The translations under genes were made by a program, and so were the position numbers. Shown piece after piece: positions 1-8,012 of a DNA stretch of 52,354 bases. Origin of the DNA: an uncultured Candidatus Saccharibacteria bacterium (GTDB taxonomy: Bacteria; Patescibacteriota; Minisyncoccia; Phycocordibacterales; UBA9973); the NCBI GenBank assembly GCA_964618925.1, contig CAZUCZ010000001.1, positions 1,464 to 53,817 on the forward strand. The letters run 5' to 3'. Positions within the stretch are counted from its first letter, which is position 1. The number at the start of each line of letters is the position of its first letter. The notes under the pieces were generated by a model. It saw only the letters and a list, made by a program, of their open reading frames with translations, searched no databases and had not been told where the DNA came from.

Positions 1-1
1 C

Positions 2-775
2 GACCATCGTATCACCAATCAAAAATTCGAAACATCATATATCAACGAAAAATTACAAGAGATCAAGAACACAACCAAAAGTGCTGAAGCCTGGAACAAT
101 GAACATTTTGCACACGACTTCCCTTTTGTATACAAAAAGGCGGTACACGCATATGAACGCATTTCAAAAACACTCTCTGTAAAGATGCATAGCACACTCG
201 GACATATGAGTTTTCTTAACAAAATACTCGACCCGCTCGACGCAACACAGATAAGCCTTGAACGGTTCGCCCTCGAAACATCGCGCAAATCCAAACTCGC
301 CGCTGCGCGAGAAGTGCTCGTAAAACACAAACACGAATACCTCGCGCTCGAGAGCGAAAAGTTCGCCTTTGAGATAACAGACAGGCTCGGTGGAAGCTAT
401 TTTCTCACTGCAGATGAGATCATGATCGACGAAGATAAAAAAGAAATACGCATCCAAGAAGCCAAAAATGCGACAAAAGATAAATTGCCAAAACCTGCTG
501 ACATCAAAGATGGGCTCTTTAAAATACTTTTGTTTTCACAGATACAATCCATCTCTATAGACGGTGTCTCCTACACCCATAGGGTGAGCATCAAACTCAC
601 CGGTGACATACATACGACACTACACCTCCCTGCGGAGACCGACGCAGTCGCATCATTCATCACACAAGAGAAATTCTCACAGGCAGACAAGCACACCATA
701 ACCATGCTGCACGAGGAAGCAAGAGCCAATCAGTATGAAATAGTGATAACATCTAACACTCCAAAAACCACCTAA
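2..775 (+). CDS. Hypothetical protein, 5'-truncated by the window edge; possible PD-(D/E)xK nuclease-like motif
   Basis: The frame is open from base 2 (DHRITNQKFETSY...) with no stop before the first Met at 185, so the gene starts upstream of the window. IDEDKKEIRIQEAK (428-466) fits D-x(n)-E-x-K. No other recognisable family signature. Confidence 0.35.
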   Translation, partial: DHRITNQKFETSYINEKLQEIKNTTKSAEAWNNEHFAHDFPFVYKKAVHAYERISKTLSVKMHSTLGHMSFLNKILDPLDATQISLERFALETSRKSKLAAAREVLVKHKHEYLALESEKFAFEITDRLGGSYFLTADEIMIDEDKKEIRIQEAKNATKDKLPKPADIKDGLFKILLFSQIQSISIDGVSYTHRVSIKLTGDIHTTLHLPAETDAVASFITQEKFSQADKHTITMLHEEARANQYEIVITSNTPKTT

Positions 776-788
776 AACGTGCTATACT

Positions 789-1658
789 ATGGACCATATG
801 AAATTTAAAGACAAAATATATAACATCATAGACAGTAAACCATTCAAAATAATCACCTACGTATTCGCGGTGATCGGGCTTGTGTTTACTCTTGTATTTA
901 TTGGTATGCAATTTGGCATATTTAATGTCCGTGGATCAAATGCAGATCGTAATGCATCGCTCAACATTCCTAAAAAAGAAATAGTCCAAGACTGCACCGA
1001 TCCAAAGAAAACAGTATGTAACTGGAACCAAACAAAAGAATGGGAGATCTTGAGTGCCGCATTTAAAAAAGATGCACCAGTGATAAACAAAGTAGCTGCC
1101 GAAGTCGGCGTCTCTCCTCGGATGCTCGTCGCCACAGTCGCCCCAGAGCAGATCAGATTCTTTACTTCAAATCGTGAAAGTTTCAAGAAATATTTTGAAC
1201 CACTCAAGATCCTCGTTTCATTGTCCAAATTCTCTCTCGGTGTATCTGGCATCAAGCAAGACACTGCGAATAAAATCGAAGCATATGCAAACGATCCGAC
1301 GAGTCCGTTTTACCCAGGACCAGGTGCCGCAGCACTCATCGCATACAAAGATGGCGTAGATCATGATACCGAACTTTATAACAGACTCACTGATGAAAAA
1401 GATCATTATTATTCATATCTCTACACTGCTCTCTTTATCAAAGAAATTCAAAACCAATGGCTCGCAAGCGGCTTTGATGTGAGCCAGAAACCAGATGTCA
1501 TCGTTACACTCTTTAACATTGGCTTTGATGCATCCATCCCAAATCCAAACCCGACAGCTGCGGGGTCTACCATCTCACTCGGCGGACATGCGTATAGCTA
1601 CGGAGAACTCGGCACACTCATATACAACTCAAACGAACTAGCAAGCTTTTCAAAATAA
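789..1658 (+). CDS. Hypothetical membrane-anchored (single N-terminal TM) protein
   Basis: 289-aa ORF with a hydrophobic helix ITYVFAVIGLVFTLVFIGMQFGIF near the N-terminus. The rest is hydrophilic with no motif I recognise. Confidence 0.45.
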   Translation: MDHMKFKDKIYNIIDSKPFKIITYVFAVIGLVFTLVFIGMQFGIFNVRGSNADRNASLNIPKKEIVQDCTDPKKTVCNWNQTKEWEILSAAFKKDAPVINKVAAEVGVSPRMLVATVAPEQIRFFTSNRESFKKYFEPLKILVSLSKFSLGVSGIKQDTANKIEAYANDPTSPFYPGPGAAALIAYKDGVDHDTELYNRLTDEKDHYYSYLYTALFIKEIQNQWLASGFDVSQKPDVIVTLFNIGFDASIPNPNPTAAGSTISLGGHAYSYGELGTLIYNSNELASFSK

Positions 1659-2344
1659 TGAAACTCATCATCCTCGCTGCCGGAAAAGGTACACGGTTTG
1701 CACCCCTCACTGATACTATCCCAAAAGGCATGGTGCCTGTGCTCGGCGAGCCGTTATTAAAACACGTCCTTACCCCATATCTGCCTAATGTATCAGATAT
1801 TATATTTGTAGTGAATGCAGGGCTCGGGATGCAGATCAAGGATTATTTTGGCGGCAACTACCTCGGGCATCGTATTTTTTATAAAATCCAAATAGAACAA
1901 AAAGGCACCATGGATGCACTGATGACCTGCAAAGATCTCATTACAGACGATGCACTTTTTTGTGTTGCAAATGGAGATGATCTATTCCGAGAAAAAGATA
2001 TCAAGCAAGCAATTGAATCTAATCAGATCGGCATGGGTATCTCAAAAAAAATGATGCCCAAGAATTATCTCGGAGTAAAAGTAGAAGATGGTATGATCGC
2101 TGGTTTTACCCGGCACGACACACCAGAACCCGTGGTAGAAGATTTATTCTGCAATGGATTTCATATACTCGATAGAAAGATTTTTGAGTTCGAGGGTATG
2201 AAAACCAAAGACGGCGAGCTCGGACTCCCCCATACATTGTTCGAACACTTAGATACATACCCCCTTCGGGCACTTTATTTCACAGAATGGGAGACAGTAA
2301 ACCGCCCCGACGACATCCCTGCGGCAGAGGAGTTTTTACAGTAG
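1658..2344 (+). CDS. Sugar-phosphate nucleotidyltransferase (NTP_transferase family)
   Basis: N-terminal MKLIILAAGKGTRFAPLTDTIPKGMVPV matches the G-x-G-T-R-(x)n-PK signature of glucose-1-P nucleotidyltransferases. Confidence 0.75.
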   Translation: MKLIILAAGKGTRFAPLTDTIPKGMVPVLGEPLLKHVLTPYLPNVSDIIFVVNAGLGMQIKDYFGGNYLGHRIFYKIQIEQKGTMDALMTCKDLITDDALFCVANGDDLFREKDIKQAIESNQIGMGISKKMMPKNYLGVKVEDGMIAGFTRHDTPEPVVEDLFCNGFHILDRKIFEFEGMKTKDGELGLPHTLFEHLDTYPLRALYFTEWETVNRPDDIPAAEEFLQ

Positions 2345-2743
2345 TGCTGAATTGTGAGTTTTGATATGCCAACCTGATTCACTTTTTGTGTAAACAAATG
2401 TATATTTAGCCTTTATTTTAGTTTGACCGCAAGTAAAAACATATATTCCACTAAACACATAATCATTGGGTGATGATAAAGGTTGGCACTCTTGTTGTAT
2501 TAAAAACCCTACAGGGTCTTTCAAGAAAAATAATTCAAAATAGCCCCGTATTTGTTCTTTTCCTCTGCAAATTATTTGTTCAGTGGTATTCGGTAGCGTG
2601 GGCAATAATATTACATCTTCAGCATAAATACTGAGAATTTTTTCTAAATCTTTATTTTTTAATGCTTCGTTCCAGGTATTAAAGTTTTCTTGCGCAATTT
2701 GCTTTAATGGATTTTCTTTTTCCATAACAGGTACGGTGTCCAT
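2336..2743 (-). CDS. NTF2-fold / SnoaL-DUF4440-like small protein
   Basis: 135-aa ORF. WNEALKNKDLEKILSIYAEDVILLPTL... resembles SnoaL/DUF4440 N-termini. AT-rich relative to its neighbours. The 3' end overlaps the convergent 1658..2344 gene by 9 nt. Confidence 0.45.
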   Translation of the reverse strand: MDTVPVMEKENPLKQIAQENFNTWNEALKNKDLEKILSIYAEDVILLPTLPNTTEQIICRGKEQIRGYFELFFLKDPVGFLIQQECQPLSSPNDYVFSGIYVFTCGQTKIKAKYTFVYTKSESGWHIKTHNSALL

Positions 2744-2844
2744 ACGATATAAATATATTATTAATAAATTTATAAAAAATAATAACCCACTTTGTTTAAA
2801 AATTCAAATTTTGTTATTTTACCCCCTATTGATATATTGTAATC

Positions 2845-3432
2845 ATGGATAAGCACATAAAACTCGAGAAAATACACACAAAATGGATGGTTGAATGCAC
2901 CTGTGAACTCAAGAAAACCGCGACACAGGCGGTCCCAGGACACGGGAACCCGGATGCAGATATTGTATTTATCGGCGAAGCACCTGGTAAAAAAGAAGAC
3001 CAGCTCGGGGTGCCTTTTGTTGGTGCCGCAGGAAAATTCCTCGACGAAATGCTTAGAGAGATCAAATTAAAACGAGAAGATATATACATTACTAACATAG
3101 TAAAATATCGCCCACCGAACAATCGCGATCCCCTCCCCGAAGAAAAAGCAGCCTGCCGAACCTGGCTCCTCGAAGAACTTAAAATAATTTCGCCAAAAGT
3201 TATTATATTTTTGGGTCGCCATGCCATGAATAACTTCTTCCCTGATTTAAAAATAGGACAGGCGCACGGCAAGCTCCTCGTCAAACCATTCAAGGGTATA
3301 TCCACAAAGTATTTCTACCCACTCTACCACCCCGCTGCCGCACTCTATGACGGCTCAATGCGAGAGACGTTGCTTGCCGATTTTAATAAAATTCCAAAGG
3401 TATTAAAGGAAATTGAAAAAAGACAAGCTTAG
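2845..3432 (+). CDS. Uracil-DNA glycosylase, family 4
   Basis: GEAPGKKEDQLGVPFVGAAGKFLDEML and a C-terminal HPAAAL-type motif (YHPAAALYD) are the family-4 UDG signatures. Confidence 0.8.
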   Translation: MDKHIKLEKIHTKWMVECTCELKKTATQAVPGHGNPDADIVFIGEAPGKKEDQLGVPFVGAAGKFLDEMLREIKLKREDIYITNIVKYRPPNNRDPLPEEKAACRTWLLEELKIISPKVIIFLGRHAMNNFFPDLKIGQAHGKLLVKPFKGISTKYFYPLYHPAAALYDGSMRETLLADFNKIPKVLKEIEKRQA

Positions 3433-3447
3433 TGGTAATCTTCTTAG

Positions 3448-4206
3448 ATGAAGAGTAATACAAAAATCATCGTTCTCGCTGCTGGTAAAGGCACTCGTAT
3501 GGGTGGCGATATGCCAAAAGTGCTCTCTCAGGTAAAAGGTAAAGCGATGATTACTCACCTCCTCGAATCCATCGAAAAATCTGGCATCGACACAGAACCC
3601 ACTATCATTGTGGGTTATAAAAAAGAGTTAGTGATCGCTAAACTTGAAAAAACCGGTAAAAAATATAATTTCATCTACCAAGAAAATCAACTTGGCACTG
3701 GACATGCAGTAAACCTCGCCAAAGAAAGTTTGCAGGGTGCTGCGGATAACATCATCATTCTCTATGGCGACCACCCATTTGTCAGCAGTGAGACGATTAA
3801 AAAAATAAATGATGCGCATATTAAGTCCGGCAAAAAAATCACCATGGCCACAGTAAAACTACCCGACTTCAAAGATTGGCGAATCAACTTCGTAAATTTT
3901 TCTCGTATTATTCGCGATGAATCTGGCAACATCATACGCGATGTCCAATATAAAGACGCAACTGATGCAGAAATAAAGATCACTGAAGTAAACCCATGTT
4001 ATTTTTGTTTTGATGCGTCGTGGCTCTGGGAAAATCTGACAACACTAGAAAACAACAACGCCCAGAAGGAATACTATCTGACTGACCTCATAAAAATAGC
4101 CCATGACCATAATATCGAGACAGAATCTATCGCCATCGAGCCACACGAAGCACTCGGGGCAAATACACACGCTGAACTTGGAATCCTCGAACGGTTCGCA
4201 GTATAA
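3448..4206 (+). CDS. GlmU-like N-terminal uridyltransferase domain only (no LbH acetyltransferase domain)
   Basis: IIVLAAGKGTRMGGDMPKVLSQVKGKAMI, QENQLGTGHAV and ILYGDHPF match the GlmU pyrophosphorylase domain. The ORF stops at 252 aa. Confidence 0.7.
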   Translation: MKSNTKIIVLAAGKGTRMGGDMPKVLSQVKGKAMITHLLESIEKSGIDTEPTIIVGYKKELVIAKLEKTGKKYNFIYQENQLGTGHAVNLAKESLQGAADNIIILYGDHPFVSSETIKKINDAHIKSGKKITMATVKLPDFKDWRINFVNFSRIIRDESGNIIRDVQYKDATDAEIKITEVNPCYFCFDASWLWENLTTLENNNAQKEYYLTDLIKIAHDHNIETESIAIEPHEALGANTHAELGILERFAV

Positions 4207-4274
4207 TAACTGTATTACTACTTCATAATAAGTTCATAGAAAGTTTATATATTATTAGAGTAACTAATAAGATT

Positions 4275-5516
4275 ATGCACAACCCATTTGAAAATGCGAT
4301 GATGCAGCTCGATAATGCTGCAAAGATAACTGATAAGCTCAGCAATGAATTTATTTTGCGCATGCGTGCGCCAGATCGAGATATCAGATTCTCCATACCA
4401 GTCACCATGGATGACGGTTCGCTTCACATATTTGAAGGCTACCGTGTTGAATACAACAACGCCCTCGGACCCTACAAAGGCGGCATTCGATACCACCCGG
4501 ATACTGAGATCAATGAAGTCAAAGCACTCGCCTTTTGGATGGCACTCAAATGCGCTGTCGCCGGTATCCCGATGGGTGGAGGCAAAGGTGGTATTACGGT
4601 TGATCCAAAAAAATTATCTAAAGGAGAACTCGAAAGGCTTTCACGCGGCTGGGTTGGAAGGCTTTCTGATATTCTAGGACCCCACAAAGACGTTCCTGCT
4701 CCAGATGTGAATACTACCCCAGAGATCATGGACTGGATGAGTGATGAATTCGAGAAAATAACCCACGCCAAGGCGGGGCAAGCAGGCGAAAACACCAAAG
4801 CCACATTCACCGGCAAGCCAATAGACAAAGGCGGCTCTGAAGGACGTGGACCAGCCACAGGGCTCGGTGGATTTTATGTATTCGATTCTCTCCGTGCACA
4901 GATCGGACTACCAGAAAAATGCCGTGTGGTGGTACAAGGTTTTGGTAACGTCGGCAGTAACGCAGCGAAAATATTTACCGAACATGGGCATACGGTAGTA
5001 GCTATCTCCGACTCCAAAGGAGGCATCTATAAAGAAGATGGCATAGATATAGACAAGCTCACAGAACACAAGAAAAATACAGGGTCTTTAGCGGGTTTTG
5101 AGGGTAGTAAAACTGTGACAAATGAAGAACTTTTAGCGCTCGAATGCGACCTCTTGGTGCCCGCTGCATTTGAAAATGTCATAACTGACCAGAACGCTGA
5201 TAAAGTACGCGCCAAGGCGATATTAGAGCTCGCCAACGGTCCTATAACCCCCGAGGCAGATGAAATATTGTTCCAAAAGCACATCCCTGTCGTGCCTGAC
5301 ATTTTAGCTAATTCTGGAGGTGTGACTGTGTCATATTTTGAATGGGATCAAAATCTCAAAGGCGAACACTGGACGGAAAAAGAAGTCTTTGAAAAGCTCC
5401 AGCCGCTCATGCATACAGCTGCCCAAAATATATTTAAAAAATCACAGGACCACACCACCTACCTCCGCATGGGGGCGTTTATATTAGCACTTGAACGTAT
5501 TCAGGAAGAGATGTAA
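4275..5516 (+). CDS. gdhA: Glutamate dehydrogenase (Glu/Leu/Phe/Val dehydrogenase family)
   Basis: GGIRYHPDTEINEVKALAFWMALKCAVAGIPMGGGKGGI is the catalytic Lys/Gly-rich motif. VQGFGNVGS is the Rossmann motif. Confidence 0.9.
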   Translation: MHNPFENAMMQLDNAAKITDKLSNEFILRMRAPDRDIRFSIPVTMDDGSLHIFEGYRVEYNNALGPYKGGIRYHPDTEINEVKALAFWMALKCAVAGIPMGGGKGGITVDPKKLSKGELERLSRGWVGRLSDILGPHKDVPAPDVNTTPEIMDWMSDEFEKITHAKAGQAGENTKATFTGKPIDKGGSEGRGPATGLGGFYVFDSLRAQIGLPEKCRVVVQGFGNVGSNAAKIFTEHGHTVVAISDSKGGIYKEDGIDIDKLTEHKKNTGSLAGFEGSKTVTNEELLALECDLLVPAAFENVITDQNADKVRAKAILELANGPITPEADEILFQKHIPVVPDILANSGGVTVSYFEWDQNLKGEHWTEKEVFEKLQPLMHTAAQNIFKKSQDHTTYLRMGAFILALERIQEEM

Positions 5517-5577
5517 TTATACACTAATTTTTAATTTAACTCTTGATTATTCGTACCACTGAGAATATAATTGAGCA

Positions 5578-6270
5578 ATGGAATCTAAGTGGTTCAAATT
5601 AAAAACAAGAGCAATAACTTTTAGAAAACAAGGAAAATCTATAAGAAATATTGAATTAACTCTGGGCATACCCCGCTCTACTTTAAGTGGTTGGTTTAAA
5701 AATATTAAACTTACTACATCGCAAGCTAAAATCCTCGAACAGAAACATAAAAAATCTTTAATAGCAGCCCGAAAAAAGGCCGTACTCTGGCATAATAAAC
5801 AAAAAAATAATAGGTTGCAATTAGCAGAACACGAAGCTAATAAGACTTTATTCAAAATAAATAGCAATCAAGAAATTATGGAGCTAGCACTTGCACTCCT
5901 ATATTTAGGTGAAGGATTTAAAAAATCTCCAACTACAGGAATTGGTAATACTGACCCTTTGCTCTTAAAATTTTTTCTTAAAATAATGTTGAATGTATAT
6001 AAATTAGATATTAGAAAAATTAGGTTTGATTTACATATTCGTGCTGATCAAAACCCAGAGTCCATTAAAAAATACTGGTCAAAAATATTAGGAGCTCCTT
6101 TAAATAGATTTAAATCTATTTCGGTTGACAAAAGAACCATTGGAAGAATATCTTATAAAGATTATAAAGGAGTATGCGTAATTGATTGTGGTAACATTGC
6201 GATACAAAGAAAATTGGTATATATTGGTAGGAAGTTTTGTGAAAAAACTATAGAAAATTTGGGCGGTTAG
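5578..6270 (+). CDS. Hypothetical DNA-binding protein: N-terminal HTH, possible LAGLIDADG-like core
   Basis: RKQGKSIRNIELTLGIPRSTLSGWFKN looks like a resolvase-type HTH. LALALLYLGEGFKK weakly resembles a LAGLIDADG motif. Very AT-rich. The last 10 nt, including the TAG stop, overlap the 5' end of tRNA-Val. Confidence 0.4.
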   Translation: MESKWFKLKTRAITFRKQGKSIRNIELTLGIPRSTLSGWFKNIKLTTSQAKILEQKHKKSLIAARKKAVLWHNKQKNNRLQLAEHEANKTLFKINSNQEIMELALALLYLGEGFKKSPTTGIGNTDPLLLKFFLKIMLNVYKLDIRKIRFDLHIRADQNPESIKKYWSKILGAPLNRFKSISVDKRTIGRISYKDYKGVCVIDCGNIAIQRKLVYIGRKFCEKTIENLGG

Positions 6271-6333
6271 CTCATTTGGTAGAGCGACTCATTGACGTTG
6301 AGTAGGTGACAAGTTCGATTCTTGTACCGCCCA
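6261..6333 (+). tRNA. tRNA-Val (anticodon GAC)
   Basis: Hand-folded cloverleaf: acceptor GGGCGGT/ACCGCCC, D-arm GCTC-ATTTGGTA-GAGC, anticodon arm ACTCA-TTGACGT-TGAGT, T-arm ACAAG-TTCGATT-CTTGT, discriminator A. No encoded CCA. Confidence 0.9.
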
Positions 6334-6340
6334 CAAATTT

Positions 6341-7285
6341 ATGTATAAACTAAATTCTGAAAAACAAATTTCAGCTAATAAAGAAATTATTACAAAAATA
6401 CTGGTCGAGTATTCTATTTCTAATTTCACTTTTCAACCAATAAATGAAGGGATAGCAAATAGTTCTTTTATTATTCAAAGTGATGAACAGAAATACGTTT
6501 TACGAATCTATGCACAAGGAAAAAATGATAAGGATATTCTTTTTGAAATTAATTTTCAAGACTATTTAAGAAGTAATGGCATCCCTATACCTGCAATATA
6601 TCCAAATAAAAATAACAAAGAATTAACCATCATTAAGGAAAATGGCTTAGAATGGCAATGTATACTGATGGAATTTATAGAGGGTCAAAGTGTCACTCCT
6701 CATCCTTCCACAGAGCTCAATATAGAACTAGCAAAATTACAAGCCAGAATGCATATATTGGGAATAGATTTTACAAATACAATAAATAATTCAATAAAAC
6801 TGTCTGAACTTCAGGATTCCCTCGCGAAAGAAATAAAAGAAACTCCAGTAACCAATAATGACGTTCCTGAATTTATAGAACGAGTGAAAAACTTTAATTA
6901 TCAACTTGATTCCAGCCTTCCATATGGATACAACCACTTAGACATAGATTTTGATGGAAATGTAATTACCAAAGATAATCATATTGTGGGAATCATAGAT
7001 TTTGAAGACCTGAAATATTCCCCTCCTGTAGTTTGCCTGGGTTACACATTATGGAATATTTTAGATGATGAAGGAATAGATGCAGTAATAAATTATCTTA
7101 ATGCCTACGAAGAAATTCGCCCCCTTACTTCACTCGAAAGCAAAACACTACCTCATGTAATTTTCTTTCGAAATTACGTTATAGGAATACTTCGTCTCCT
7201 CTTGTGGAAAAAAGATAGAAACATCAACGACATATTAGATATCTTACAACTAGAAAAAGAGATACCTAAAATGAAATTTAAGTAA
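6341..7285 (+). CDS. Phosphotransferase-family kinase (APH / homoserine-kinase-II / choline-kinase-like)
   Basis: YVLRIY (ATP-Lys region), YNHLDIDFDGNVI (catalytic-loop-like, atypical) and GIIDFEDL (DFE = DFG-equivalent). Starts 8 nt after tRNA-Val. Very AT-rich. Confidence 0.65.
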   Translation: MYKLNSEKQISANKEIITKILVEYSISNFTFQPINEGIANSSFIIQSDEQKYVLRIYAQGKNDKDILFEINFQDYLRSNGIPIPAIYPNKNNKELTIIKENGLEWQCILMEFIEGQSVTPHPSTELNIELAKLQARMHILGIDFTNTINNSIKLSELQDSLAKEIKETPVTNNDVPEFIERVKNFNYQLDSSLPYGYNHLDIDFDGNVITKDNHIVGIIDFEDLKYSPPVVCLGYTLWNILDDEGIDAVINYLNAYEEIRPLTSLESKTLPHVIFFRNYVIGILRLLLWKKDRNINDILDILQLEKEIPKMKFK

Positions 7286-7304
7286 GAAATCTTTCTTTTA
7301 AGAT

Positions 7305-7790
7305 TTATTGCGTATCTGCACTAGGTCCGTAGATAGAAGGAACTTTTGCACCCATTGCGCGGAGGTATGTAGAAAGTTGTCCACGGTGATGAATCGCATC
7401 AAACAGAAAACCCCATGCCATGCCGTATTTCTTGTCCTCCCATTTACCATTTGGACCCATGTCGAGGACACCCATACCATTCTCCCAATCATCCTCAGAA
7501 ATATTTTCTACGTCTTGTAAGAGTTGTGTGTACCCAGTATCAAAAGTCTTAAGCATGTCTTCTTTGTTTGTACTTTGCATCGCATGTGCATTAAAATTAG
7601 GAACTCCTTTGGTTAAAATTCCAGAAATTGCTTCCCATTGCGCAGTCAGCTGTGCAGCGAGGTTTCCTGCTTCGCGAGCTTTTTCGTGAACTTTGTGACT
7701 AAATTTATCATCTGGTAATGCTTCGATCGCATCTCTAAATTTTTTCTGTTCATCTTTTAAAGTTTTAATAAAAAATTCTTTTGTATTCAT
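7305..7790 (-). CDS. DinB-family (DinB_2-like) protein
   Basis: C-terminal FDAIHHRGQLSTYLRAMG is the DinB-superfamily His-containing helix. 161 aa is a typical size. Confidence 0.7.
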   Translation of the reverse strand: MNTKEFFIKTLKDEQKKFRDAIEALPDDKFSHKVHEKAREAGNLAAQLTAQWEAISGILTKGVPNFNAHAMQSTNKEDMLKTFDTGYTQLLQDVENISEDDWENGMGVLDMGPNGKWEDKKYGMAWGFLFDAIHHRGQLSTYLRAMGAKVPSIYGPSADTQ

Positions 7791-8012
7791 AATTTGTATA
7801 TGTTATATGTATTAATACATACAGTATAACCCACTCGAAAAAAAGGAACAATTAGTATATAATCAATCAATATTTATATGAATCCGGTTAGTAGAAAATG
7901 ACATTAAAAGGAAACATATAGATCGGCATATTGTATGGATAAAAAAGCTTTTATTAATTTAATATATATAGACAATTTGCTCTTTTAGAGCGATGTCATT
8001 TTTCACTACCGG

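Noticed and set aside
7287-7306. An AAATCTT-tctttt-AAGATTT hairpin between the convergent APH-like and DinB genes, considered as a terminator.
   Set aside because: The stem is 7 bp, A/T-rich with only a single G-C pair, has no proper U-tract and overlaps the DinB stop codon. It is too weak to call.
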